This document shows, in pieces, positions 55,508 to 64,000 of a stretch of 64,000 nt of DNA (position 1 is its first letter; each line of letters opens with the position of its first letter). Source of the stretch: Anaerolineae bacterium (GTDB lineage: Bacteria > Chloroflexota > Anaerolineae > DUEN01). The stretch spans positions 5,400-69,399 of the forward strand of contig JANXBS010000004.1 in NCBI GenBank assembly GCA_025060615.1, written 5' to 3'. The notes beneath the pieces were generated by a model, which did no database searches, had not been told where the DNA came from, and worked only from the letters and a program-made list of their open reading frames with translations. A program made the position numbers and the translations under genes.

Positions 55508-57388
55508 ATGAATGAGCACCTGCTCCTACTGCCTATGCCTCAACGCCTGCACTGGCTGGGAGGCACGTACCAACTTCAGCCAGATCGCCTAATCTGGCTG
55601 GCCGGAGACCCTCCCAACGCGCTCCTACGCATCGGTCAGGCCGTCCAGGAAGCGCTGATGACCGTCGGACCCCGTTGGGAGCTGACCGCGGCACGCGGGG
55701 ATGACCTCAGCCGCATCGGCGTGATCATTCACGTAGACCCAGCTCAGGTACCTCAAGCCGAAGGATATCACCTGACGATCGCAGCCAACCAGATCCGTAT
55801 CGTGGCCCACGACGCCGCCGGCGCCTTCTACGCCGCGATGACCCTGCGACAGCTTGCCCGCCAATTCGCGGGGGCCGGCCAGCTCCCCTGCCTGCGCATC
55901 GAGGACTGGCCCGACTTTCCCCATCGGGGCGTCATGCTCGACATCAGCCGCGACAAGGTCCCTACCATGGAGACGCTGTATGCGCTGGTGGACATGCTGG
56001 CCGAGTGGAAGATCAACCAGTTCCAGCTTTACACCGAGCACACCTTCGCCTATCGCAACCACCGGGAGGTGTGGGAGAAGGCCTCACCCATGACCGGCGA
56101 GCAAATCATGGCCCTCGACGCGTACGCTCTCGAACGTTATGTCGAGTTAGTGCCCAATCAGAACTCGTTCGGGCATATGCACCGCTGGCTCATCCACGAG
56201 CGCTATCGGCATCTGGCCGAGGCGCCGAGCGGCTGGGTGTCGCCTTGGGGCACGCGATACGAGGAGCCCTTCAGCCTCTGCCCGCTAGATCCTGGTTCGC
56301 TCGCGCTGTTGCGCGAGCTATACGATGAGCTGCTGCCCCACTTTTCTAGCCGCCAGTTCAACGTCGGCTGTGACGAGACTTTCGATCTGGGACAGGGCCG
56401 GAGCAAGCAGGCGTGCGAGGAGCGGGGGACTGGGCGCGTCTACCTGGATTTCCTGCTCAAGATCCATGATTTAGTCCAGCGCCGGGGCCGGACAATGCAG
56501 TTCTGGGGCGATATCATCATGCAACACCCCGAGCTCATCTCCGAGCTGCCGGAGGGCATTATCGCGCTCGAATGGGGCTATGAGGCCGATCATCCCTTCG
56601 CCGCCGATGGCGAGAAGTTCGCGGCGGCCGGCGTCCCCTTCTACGTTTGTCCTGGCACGTCGAGCTGGAACACCATCGCCGGGCGCACCGAGAATGCGCT
56701 GGGCAACCTATGGAACGCGGCGGAGAACGGGCTCGCCCACGGCGCCATCGGCTACCTCAATACCGACTGGGGCGACAACGGCCATTGGCAACCATTGCCG
56801 GTCTCCTTCCTGGGCTTCGCCTACGGTGCGGCGGTGAGCTGGGCCGCCCGAGCCAATCGAGACATAGACCTGCCGCGAGCATTGGACCTGCACGCATTTC
56901 GGGATGCCGCCGGCGTGATGGGACGGCTAGCCTACGACCTGGGCAACGCGTATCGAGAGACTGGCGTGTTGATTCACAACAGCTCGGCACTGGCTCGGAT
57001 TTTGCGCGAGCCAGAACGTCCGGTGGAAGATGGCCACCTAATCGGGTTAACGGTGGAGAAGCTCGAGCACACCCGTTCCTACATTAACCAGGTGATGGCG
57101 CGCCTGCCCGAGGCGCGTATGGCTCGCCCGGATGCCGCGCAGATCGCCGACGAATTCCGCAACGCTGCGGCCCTGCTCCAGCATGCCTGCAAACTGGGGA
57201 TCGCCCGTCTGCAGGCAGACGGCGGCGAGATCGCCCGTATCCCTGCCCAGGTACGACAGGGACTAGCTGAGGAACTGAGGGAGATCATCGCTGAGTATCG
57301 GCGGCTGTGGCTGGCCCGCAACCGACCGGGCGGGCTGGACGATAGCGCAGGCCGCCTAGAGCGGCTGTTGAGCTTCTATTCGGCATAA
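55508..57388 (+). CDS. GH20 beta-N-acetylhexosaminidase
   Basis: GH20 catalytic region (…HRGVMLD…, NVGCDETF, …W…); ATG 55508 7 nt after AGGAGG. Confidence 0.85.
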   Translation: MNEHLLLLPMPQRLHWLGGTYQLQPDRLIWLAGDPPNALLRIGQAVQEALMTVGPRWELTAARGDDLSRIGVIIHVDPAQVPQAEGYHLTIAANQIRIVAHDAAGAFYAAMTLRQLARQFAGAGQLPCLRIEDWPDFPHRGVMLDISRDKVPTMETLYALVDMLAEWKINQFQLYTEHTFAYRNHREVWEKASPMTGEQIMALDAYALERYVELVPNQNSFGHMHRWLIHERYRHLAEAPSGWVSPWGTRYEEPFSLCPLDPGSLALLRELYDELLPHFSSRQFNVGCDETFDLGQGRSKQACEERGTGRVYLDFLLKIHDLVQRRGRTMQFWGDIIMQHPELISELPEGIIALEWGYEADHPFAADGEKFAAAGVPFYVCPGTSSWNTIAGRTENALGNLWNAAENGLAHGAIGYLNTDWGDNGHWQPLPVSFLGFAYGAAVSWAARANRDIDLPRALDLHAFRDAAGVMGRLAYDLGNAYRETGVLIHNSSALARILREPERPVEDGHLIGLTVEKLEHTRSYINQVMARLPEARMARPDAAQIADEFRNAAALLQHACKLGIARLQADGGEIARIPAQVRQGLAEELREIIAEYRRLWLARNRPGGLDDSAGRLERLLSFYSA

Positions 57389-57477
57389 TAGCAAGCGAAG
57401 ACGACCGCTCGCAGGACGCCTACGAGCGCCTGTTTTAGAGGGACGTGTGGCGACACACCTCGAAGTCTTGAAGCTCG

Positions 57478-58791
57478 ATGATCAAACAACGAATCGGCCA
57501 GGTGATAGCCTTTGCGCTGATCTGCGCGGTGGCCGCGACGGTGATCGTAATGCAGACCCCAGCCGGCCGTGCCGCTTATCACGTGGCCGACTTCCGCATC
57601 CGTCGCTGGCAGATCCAGCAGTGGGGTCGGCCGGCGATTCCGCCTGAGCAGCGTGGCGGCCTGGCCGGACGGGTCGTCGGGCCTGATGGACAACCGCTCT
57701 CGGGCGCCGTTGTGCTAGTCGCCGAGGCAACAGGCGAAACCCACTATGACTACACCGATCTCGACGGCCGTTACGAGATCACCGGCGCGCCGGCGGGGCG
57801 GTATGTGCCGCTGGCCGCCGCTTGGGGCTATCGGCCACAAGCGCGGCCAGCCATCCGCGTGCGGCCAGGAGCCATCCTGGAGCCGATTGACTTCAGCCTC
57901 GAGCCCCGCCGGCCGTTTTCAGCCCCCACCACAATACCTGTGACCATTACCGAGCGCACCGTTGTGACGGGCACGTTCCCATCGCCCGATGTGCAGGCAG
58001 AGCGAATCGGCTTTCGCTTTTTCCGAGCCGGGGTCGAGGTAGCCGTGGACCAGGTCTTTCAGCCAGTGGGGCAGCGCTCCCCTGGCCCCACTCTGGTGAT
58101 GGCCTTTCCCAGCCACGAGCCGCATTGGGATCCTCCGGCCATCGCTTTCGCCAGCCAGGGGTTCACCGTCCTTTCAGTCAAGCCCGTCATGGCGCATGGA
58201 TGGCTGGACATTCAGGCCCACGCGGAGGATCTCCAAGCAGCAGTAACGCTGCTGACCTCGGGTGCTCTCACGCCAGCGGCGGATCCCCAGCGGATGGCGT
58301 GGCTAGCCGGAAGCTTTAGCACCTTATTCATGTATCTCGTGTTGCCTGATCACCCTGAGGTGAGGGCGGTTATCACGGTAGGTGGGATCAGCGACGCCTT
58401 CTTAGGCGTGGAGGCCCTGTATGAGGAGTCGCTGGAGATACCGGAGCGTTTCCGGCTGGCGGTGGCATCGTTGGGCCGGCCTGATCGCGATCCGGCTTTC
58501 TTTATGCAGTACTCGCCGGCGTTTTTCGCCGCGCACATGCCGCCCACGCTGGTCGTGCACACGCCAGTGGATCGGGTTATCCCGTATAACCAATCGGTGC
58601 GCTTTGCCCAGGCACTGGCAAATGCCGGCATCCCTCACGAGCTCATCTTATATCAGGACACCACGCACTACCTAAACGCGGCCAACCCATCTCCTGAAGG
58701 AATCGCTGTGTTCTGGCGCATGATTGAATTCCTGACCCAAACCCTCTCCCCGATCTCTAGCCCTAGAGATGAAGCCCAGACCGCCCCATAG
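57478..58791 (+). CDS. Secreted alpha/beta hydrolase (S9/dienelactone hydrolase-like) with N-terminal carboxypeptidase-regulatory-like domain
   Basis: TM/signal, GRVVGPDGQPLSGAVVLV…TDLDGRYEI beta-sandwich, C-terminal hydrolase fold. Confidence 0.65.
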   Translation: MIKQRIGQVIAFALICAVAATVIVMQTPAGRAAYHVADFRIRRWQIQQWGRPAIPPEQRGGLAGRVVGPDGQPLSGAVVLVAEATGETHYDYTDLDGRYEITGAPAGRYVPLAAAWGYRPQARPAIRVRPGAILEPIDFSLEPRRPFSAPTTIPVTITERTVVTGTFPSPDVQAERIGFRFFRAGVEVAVDQVFQPVGQRSPGPTLVMAFPSHEPHWDPPAIAFASQGFTVLSVKPVMAHGWLDIQAHAEDLQAAVTLLTSGALTPAADPQRMAWLAGSFSTLFMYLVLPDHPEVRAVITVGGISDAFLGVEALYEESLEIPERFRLAVASLGRPDRDPAFFMQYSPAFFAAHMPPTLVVHTPVDRVIPYNQSVRFAQALANAGIPHELILYQDTTHYLNAANPSPEGIAVFWRMIEFLTQTLSPISSPRDEAQTAP

Positions 58792-58870
58792 ATTTAAGCC
58801 AAGGTCATGAGCCCCCCTTCCCTGTCCCTATGGGATGGGGGAGGAAAGGGTAAGGAAAGGTAGGGGCAGG

Positions 58871-58899
58871 TTGCCCCTACCCAGCTCATCGGGTATAAT
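58871..58899 (+). promoter_or_regulatory. Candidate lepA promoter TTGCCC-17-TATAAT, overlapped by a perfect 9-bp hairpin (58860..58880)
   Basis: Hexamers and hairpin GTAGGGGCA-ggt-TGCCCCTAC read from the sequence. Confidence 0.35.
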
Positions 58900-58942
58900 T
58901 TTATGGCTTTATGACAAATGTGAGCGCAGTTGGGATAACTGC

Positions 58943-60751
58943 ATGATGATGGATTTGAAACACATCCGCAATTTCTGCATTATCGCCCATATTGACCACG
59001 GCAAGTCCACCTTAGCCGACCGGCTCTTACAGCTGACCGGGACCGTCAGCGAACGCGAAATGAAAGATCAACTGCTCGACGATATGGAGCTAGAACGGGA
59101 GAAAGGGGTTACCATCAAGGCCTCAGCCGTGCGGATGCTGTACACCCATACTGATGGGGAGACTTATGAGCTGAACCTGATTGATACACCGGGCCATGTG
59201 GACTTCTCCTACGAGGTCTCGCGAGCGCTCGCCGCGTGCGAGGGAGCGATCCTGGTGGTGGATGCGTCGCAAGGCATCGAGGCGCAGACGTTGGCAAACC
59301 TCTATCTGGCCCTGGAACATGACCTGGAGATTATCCCCGTGGTCAACAAGATCGACCTTCCCGTCGCCCAGCCGGACGCGGTAGCCCACGAGGTCGCAGA
59401 GCTATTGGGCGTGGACCCCGATACGGTCCTTCGAGTCTCTGCCAAAGAGGGCACGAACGTCGAGCAGGTGTTACAAGCCGTAGTCCGTCAGGTCCCACCG
59501 CCCCAAGGTGATCCAGAAGCGCCGCTGCGCGCGCTCATCTTCGACTCACATTATGACCCATATAAGGGGGTAGTAGCCTATGTACGGGTGATGGACGGCT
59601 GTGTAGCGACTAACCAGCCGCTTCGTCTGATGTCCACTGGGGCGGAGACCTTGCCGCTGGAGATCGGAGTGTTCACGCCGGCCATGCGTCCCACCGGCGA
59701 GCTGCGCGCGGGCGAGGTCGGCTACATCGCCACTGGCCTCAAGACGATCCGCGAGTGCCGCGTGGGCGATACCATTACTTTGGCAGCTCGTCCAGCAGCC
59801 GAGCCGCTTCCGGGCTATCGGCCTATGAAGCCGATGGTCTTCGCCTCGGCCTATCCCTCTGAGGGCGAGGACTACAATCTGCTACGTGAGGCATTGGAAA
59901 AGCTACAGCTCAATGACGCCTCGCTAGTCTTCCAGCCAGAGACCTCCCAGGCGCTGGGATTTGGCTTTCGCTGCGGCTTCCTAGGCATGTTCCACATGGA
60001 AATCGTACAAGAACGGCTGGAACGGGAGTACGGCCTCGACATCGTCTTTACAGCGCCGTCAGTTGAGTATCGCGTGGTCAAGACCAACGGCGAGACCATC
60101 CTCGTGGACAGCCCGGCTGAGTTACCGCCGGAGAACGAGATCAAAGAGATCGCCGAGCCCTGGGTGGAGATCTCGATCTTCACGCCGGCCGAGTTCATCG
60201 GCTCAGTGATGGAATTGGTCACGCGACGGCGTGGAGAGTTCAAGAATCAGGAATATCTAGATGAGCGACGGGTCCTGCTAACGTACAAAATCCCGCTTAG
60301 CGAGATCCTAGTGGACTTCTACAATGAGCTCAAGGCACGCACGCGCGGCTACGCCTCGCTCGACTATCACTTCGATGGTTATCGGCCGGCGGACTTGGTG
60401 CGACTGGATGTGCTGGTCAACGAACAGCCGGTGGACGCGCTCTCCATGATCGTACACCGAGATCAGGCATATCAGAAGGGGCAGCGGCTGGTCTCCAAGA
60501 TGAAAGAAGTGATCCCTCGCCAGTTGTTTACCGTGCCGATCCAGGCGGCCATTGGGAAGCGGGTGATCTCCCGCGCCAACGTCAAGGCGCTGCGCAAGGA
60601 TGTGCTAGCCAAATGCTACGGCGGCGACGTCACTCGCAAGCGGAAGCTTCTGGAAAAGCAGAAAGAGGGGAAGAAGCGGATGAAGAAGATCGGCCACGTG
60701 GAGATCCCGCAAGAGGCGTTTTTCACCGTATTGCGACTGGAAGAGGAGTGA
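58943..60751 (+). CDS. lepA: Elongation factor 4
   Basis: [16 protein letters not shown]1 motif, [12 protein letters not shown]; LepA-specific C-terminus; ATG 58943. Confidence 0.9.
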   Translation: MMMDLKHIRNFCIIAHIDHGKSTLADRLLQLTGTVSEREMKDQLLDDMELEREKGVTIKASAVRMLYTHTDGETYELNLIDTPGHVDFSYEVSRALAACEGAILVVDASQGIEAQTLANLYLALEHDLEIIPVVNKIDLPVAQPDAVAHEVAELLGVDPDTVLRVSAKEGTNVEQVLQAVVRQVPPPQGDPEAPLRALIFDSHYDPYKGVVAYVRVMDGCVATNQPLRLMSTGAETLPLEIGVFTPAMRPTGELRAGEVGYIATGLKTIRECRVGDTITLAARPAAEPLPGYRPMKPMVFASAYPSEGEDYNLLREALEKLQLNDASLVFQPETSQALGFGFRCGFLGMFHMEIVQERLEREYGLDIVFTAPSVEYRVVKTNGETILVDSPAELPPENEIKEIAEPWVEISIFTPAEFIGSVMELVTRRRGEFKNQEYLDERRVLLTYKIPLSEILVDFYNELKARTRGYASLDYHFDGYRPADLVRLDVLVNEQPVDALSMIVHRDQAYQKGQRLVSKMKEVIPRQLFTVPIQAAIGKRVISRANVKALRKDVLAKCYGGDVTRKRKLLEKQKEGKKRMKKIGHVEIPQEAFFTVLRLEEE

Positions 60752-60757
60752 ACAGCA

Positions 60758-61321
60758 ATGAAGAAGTTCGTCACCGCCCCTTCCGAGGCCAGGCTGATCA
60801 CCGGTGAGGAATTGCTAGCGATGGGCGACATCGGCCCATGTGAGCTGATAGATGGGAGGATCGTGCCGATGGCGCCAGCTGGGATCCAACATGGAACCAT
60901 CGAACTGAACCTTGGATCCGCCCTGAAGCAATTCGTCCAGCAGCGAGAATTGGGCTGGGTAGCAGCAGGGGAGGTGGGTATCTACACGCGGCGCAACCCC
61001 GATCGTGTCCGCGGTGCCGATCTCGTGTTCATCTCCAAAGGGCGCCTATCTAGTGGCCTGCCTCAAGGCTTCCTAGAGATAGCCCCCGAGCTGATCGTGG
61101 AGATCCTGTCGCCGGAGGATCGCTGGCAAAACGTGCGACAAAAGATCGAGGAGTACTTCGCTATCGGCGTAGAACGGGTATGGGTGGTTGATCCCGAGAA
61201 TCGAGCCGTGCTGGTGTACCGCTCGAACACCGAGATGCGCCAACTCGGCGAAGGGGACATCTTGAAGGGCGAAGGGATCTTGGAGGGGTTTACGCTGCCG
61301 GTAGCCAGCCTGTTTCAGTAG
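60758..61321 (+). CDS. Uma2-family (DUF820) putative endonuclease
   Basis: 187 aa; Uma2-like PD-(D/E)XK pattern (…[12 protein letters not shown]…[10 protein letters not shown]…). Confidence 0.75.
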   Translation: MKKFVTAPSEARLITGEELLAMGDIGPCELIDGRIVPMAPAGIQHGTIELNLGSALKQFVQQRELGWVAAGEVGIYTRRNPDRVRGADLVFISKGRLSSGLPQGFLEIAPELIVEILSPEDRWQNVRQKIEEYFAIGVERVWVVDPENRAVLVYRSNTEMRQLGEGDILKGEGILEGFTLPVASLFQ

Positions 61322-61374
61322 CGAGAGCACAAAGCGCTTAGATGTCATTAGGGCGTCCGCCGACTCTGATCGGC

Positions 61375-61880
61375 ATGGCCACTCTCGTCTGGGAGATCTG
61401 AGAACAGATGGGCGGCTGTGGACCTGACTGGCTGATCGCGCTGGTGGGACAGGGCACGCTTTTGTTGCGAGCCTGGCGCGGCCTCCAAGCACTGGTAAAA
61501 GCCGATCTGCTCGAGCAGCCATCCAGGCTAGTAGCCGTTCAGGCTGAACGATGCGCCCCTCAGCGATAGCCTGGGCCGCTGAACAATAGGAGGCCGTGGC
61601 TGCCCTATCACAGCTTACCATCGCTGAAGGGAGCGCTATCCCAAAGCCGATTCGCAGCCGTGCTTTACTGCAAGCGCTACAGGAGAGCTGCGGGCTTATC
61701 TTCGCCGTGACAGAAGAGGAGATCGCTCAGGCGCAAACTCGCCTCGCCCGCGCTGATTGGTATGTTGAGTCGACCTCCGCTGTTGCGGCAGCCGCATTAT
61801 CTCAGGTTCAGCCACATATCTCCCCTGGCGAGAGAGTGGTGGTAGTGCTCACCAGGTCGGGATTGAAAAGCCCCCACGGT
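61375..61880 (+). pseudogene. thrC: Remnant of a threonine synthase-like PLP (PALP-fold) enzyme gene; C-terminal half only, with frameshift and stops
   Basis: The fragment DWLIALVGQGTLLLRAWRGLQALVKADLLEQPSRLVAVQAERCAP (frame 1, ends in stop) resembles the ThrC glycine-rich/PRLIGVQAEGA region. The frame-0 ORF 61596..61880 ends in …ADWYVESTSAVAAAAL…VVVVLTRSGLKSP, a PALP C-terminus. There is no room for the N-terminal half. Confidence 0.4.
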
Positions 61881-62002
61881 ATTCATTCATTGATTTCAGG
61901 TAAAATCCACATTTTTTATAAGGCTTGGCAAGTCCACGTATGAGAGCACACGTCCTTATCCCCCACGAACTGAACAAAGGGGGATTAACTTTGACCCACA
62001 TC

Positions 62003-62731
62003 ATGGGATTATTGGAACAATTCGAGGCCGATACCGGCCTTCATTTCTCCGATAAAACGCTGTTGCAGCGCGCTTTGACCCATCGCTCCGTGGTGAATGA
62101 AGTTCCAGAGTTCCCCTTGTCGGATAACGAACGCCTGGAATTCCTGGGTGATGCGGTGCTGGACTTCCTGGTGGCAGAGTTTTTGTATCATCGCTTCCCG
62201 GAACAACGGGAAGGGCCGTTAACTAGCATGCGGGCCGCCCTGGTGCGTCGGGACACATTGGCCCGTTTCGCACAGCAGATGAATCTGGGCCGTTACTTGC
62301 TGATGGGGCGCGGTGAAGAGGAATCTGGGGGACGACGAAGGCCAGCCACCCTCTGCGCGGCGTTTGAGGCCCTAGTGGGAGCGATTTACCTGGATCAGGG
62401 ATTGGAGGCAGTAGAGGCCTTCATCCGACCTCTTATCGAGCCCGAATTAGACCATGTACTGCAGGAGGCACTTGACAAGGACGCCAAAAGCCGGCTACAG
62501 GAGTGGAGCCAGGCTTATCTGCAGGCCACCCCGACATACAAAACCGTGGGCGAACGCGGCCCAGACCACGCTAAGGAGTTCACCGTCCAGGTGATAATCA
62601 AGGGTGTCGTTTACGGAGAGGGTACTGGGCACAGCAAACAACTAGCCGCACAGGCAGCTGCCAAGGCTGCGCTGGAACTGCTCACGCGCTTATATGCCGA
62701 GGGAAAGTTGCCAGGGGTGGCAGAGGGCTAA
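62003..62731 (+). CDS. rnc: Ribonuclease III
   Basis: ERLEFLGDAVL catalytic signature and C-terminal dsRBD; start ATG 62003 (alternative TTG 61991). Confidence 0.85.
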   Translation: MGLLEQFEADTGLHFSDKTLLQRALTHRSVVNEVPEFPLSDNERLEFLGDAVLDFLVAEFLYHRFPEQREGPLTSMRAALVRRDTLARFAQQMNLGRYLLMGRGEEESGGRRRPATLCAAFEALVGAIYLDQGLEAVEAFIRPLIEPELDHVLQEALDKDAKSRLQEWSQAYLQATPTYKTVGERGPDHAKEFTVQVIIKGVVYGEGTGHSKQLAAQAAAKAALELLTRLYAEGKLPGVAEG

Positions 62732-62839
62732 CCGATTCATCCCTTACGCTTGATGAGTGGCAAAAGGGTTATAGACGACGACACGTTATCGTGCTATACT
62801 TGATTGGAAATCGAATCTCATCATCAGGGGGCGGCGATC

Positions 62840-63289
62840 ATGGCGGCGGAACGAAAATGGCGGATCCTCTACGTCGAAGATCAGCCGGAGATGATAGATC
62901 TCATCGAGCTAGCCTTCCGGCAACGGCCAGTCGAAATTGTACGAGCCACGAGCGCGCCCCAGGCCATTGAGCTCCTTCATCGGTCGCCTCCAGATTTGGT
63001 GTTTTTGGACCTGATGATGCCAGAGGTGGATGGCTGGCGTGTCCACCAAGAGATCGTAGAGAATCCCATGCTCCGACATATCCCCATCATTGTGATCACA
63101 GCCCGAGGCAACCCCGAGGAGCGCGAGAAGGGGTTGCGTATGCAAGGGATCGTGGATTACTTCATCAAGCCGTTCTCCCCCTCTGCCTTGCTGGCTAGCG
63201 TGGATCGGGTGCTAGCCGGGCTTTCAGCTCAGAGGGGGATGGTATCCCTTACCTCCGACTCGGACCAGGAAGAGAACGATGCCGCCTAA
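62840..63289 (+). CDS. Single-domain response regulator (CheY-like receiver)
   Basis: RILYVEDQ, DLVFLDLMMP, phospho-acceptor Asp context, IIVITAR, K in FIKP. Confidence 0.8.
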   Translation: MAAERKWRILYVEDQPEMIDLIELAFRQRPVEIVRATSAPQAIELLHRSPPDLVFLDLMMPEVDGWRVHQEIVENPMLRHIPIIVITARGNPEEREKGLRMQGIVDYFIKPFSPSALLASVDRVLAGLSAQRGMVSLTSDSDQEENDAA

Positions 63290-63746
63290 CGCTCTGAAAA
63301 TCGGCCTTCTTGCGCTTGGGCTGGGCGTAGGATTAGGGATATTCTCGGTCATCCCCCTGGTAGGCTGCCTGGCGCTTCCGCTGTCCTGGGTTCTATATGT
63401 GGCGATGGGCATTGTAGCAGCGCTTCAGTTGCCGGCACCACGACAGGCCGGGCCGGGCGCGGGAGCCGGCGCCATCGCTGGCGCGCTGGCTGGCCTGGGC
63501 TATGGAGCCGTGAACATGATCGCCACCCCGATCCTGTTCTCCCTGATGGGCGGGGCTGAAGCCGCCGTGCAAAGCCTTCCCCCTCCGCTTTTGGAGCTGT
63601 ACCGCCAGGCGGGGTTAGACCCTCGGCAATTCCTTTCCCCGTTGGTAATCACCGCCAGCGCCGGGCTGTGTTGCATCAGCAATTTCGTCTTCGCCGCTAT
63701 CTTCGGCGCCGTCAGTGGCGCCATCACCGCCGCAAGCGCACGATAG
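63279..63746 (+). CDS. Small hydrophobic membrane protein (4 TM, Gly/Ala-rich)
   Basis: 155-aa ORF overlapping the RR gene by 11 nt. Confidence 0.45.
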   Translation: MPPNALKIGLLALGLGVGLGIFSVIPLVGCLALPLSWVLYVAMGIVAALQLPAPRQAGPGAGAGAIAGALAGLGYGAVNMIATPILFSLMGGAEAAVQSLPPPLLELYRQAGLDPRQFLSPLVITASAGLCCISNFVFAAIFGAVSGAITAASAR

Positions 63747-63834
63747 CTCCGCAAATTTACCATCCCCGAGGCACTGGGTAACAACGAAACGGTTGTTGGC
63801 TGGCCCACGCGTCCCATGCACCGGCAATAGGGAC

Positions 63835-63863
63835 TTGACATGGAAAACGTTTTCCAGTATAAT
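63835..63863 (+). promoter_or_regulatory. Sigma70-like promoter (-35 TTGACA, 17 nt, -10 TATAAT) whose spacer is a perfect 16-bp LacI-type operator palindrome TGGAAAACGTTTTCCA (63841..63856); a half-site repeat TGGAAAACG directly follows the -10
   Basis: Read directly; sits 43 nt upstream of a LacI-family regulator start. Confidence 0.5.
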
Positions 63864-63905
63864 GGAAAACGATTACCGCACTGATCCCTCAAAGGAGGTC
63901 TCCTG

Positions 63906-64000
63906 TGCCCGTTTCGCTCGCCGATGTAGCCAAAGCCGCTGGCGTCTCCAGCGCAACGGCCTCTCGGGTCCTCAATGGGAGCAACCACCCCGTCGCCGAG
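63906..64000 (+). CDS. LacI-family transcriptional regulator; N-terminus only, runs off the window end
   Basis: VPVSLADVAKAAGVSSATASRVLNGSNHP HTH; GTG start with AAAGGAGG RBS. Confidence 0.75.

Noticed and set aside
55313-55519. 68-aa minus-strand ORF upstream of the truncated permease
   Set aside because: No homology or signals; Ser-rich low-complexity; probably non-coding remnant DNA
61073-61621. 182-aa minus-strand ORF
   Set aside because: Overlaps the Uma2 gene and the thrC remnant antisense; no RBS or motif support

Overview
This is a high-GC (~60%) bacterial chromosomal segment with dense, mostly operonic coding. The frequent Thr/Pro-rich linkers, a Uma2-type endonuclease and the overall gene content suggest a Chloroflexota-like organism, but that is a weak inference from composition only.

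Core of the window is a minus-strand sulfur/aspartate amino-acid block. It runs lysC-hom-asd-HAD-DUF1015-glyA, then metX-metW behind a structured leader, then metY behind a clear SAM-I (S-box) riboswitch with a terminator expression platform. This is followed by mutY, an MFS transporter, pth-mfd and glnA with a PucR-family regulator.

Other housekeeping genes are malic enzyme, aconitase, metG, lepA, rnc and a tRNA-Gln(CUG). There is also a proline dehydrogenase-GDPD-lipid kinase operon, a GH20 hexosaminidase, and several envelope genes (M23/LysM peptidase, amidase, L,D-transpeptidase, GT2/PMT-like glycosyltransferases).

Observations worth a second look:
1. A Cas4-family Fe-S PD-(D/E)XK nuclease is split into two membrane-anchored ORFs on either side of an L,D-transpeptidase gene. 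It is translationally coupled to a bacterial translin-like gene, and a 10-bp direct repeat sits at the two junctions.
2. The metX-metW leader contains a 21-bp long-range inverted repeat; the lysC leader has mutually exclusive hairpins.
3. A putative protein O-mannosylation module: a PMT-like glycosyltransferase co-operonic with a ~350-aa Thr/Pro-rich surface protein, and a Ppm-like GT2 elsewhere in the window.
4. A threonine synthase remnant lies beside an Uma2 endonuclease gene.
5. An N-terminally truncated ABC-3 metal permease with a winged-helix tail lies beside tRNA-Gln.
6. A perfect LacI-type operator palindrome overlaps a sigma70-like promoter ahead of a LacI-family regulator at the window edge.

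No CRISPR array, rRNA or recognisable IS/transposase was found. All calls are from reading the sequence and ORF translations, with no database searches.
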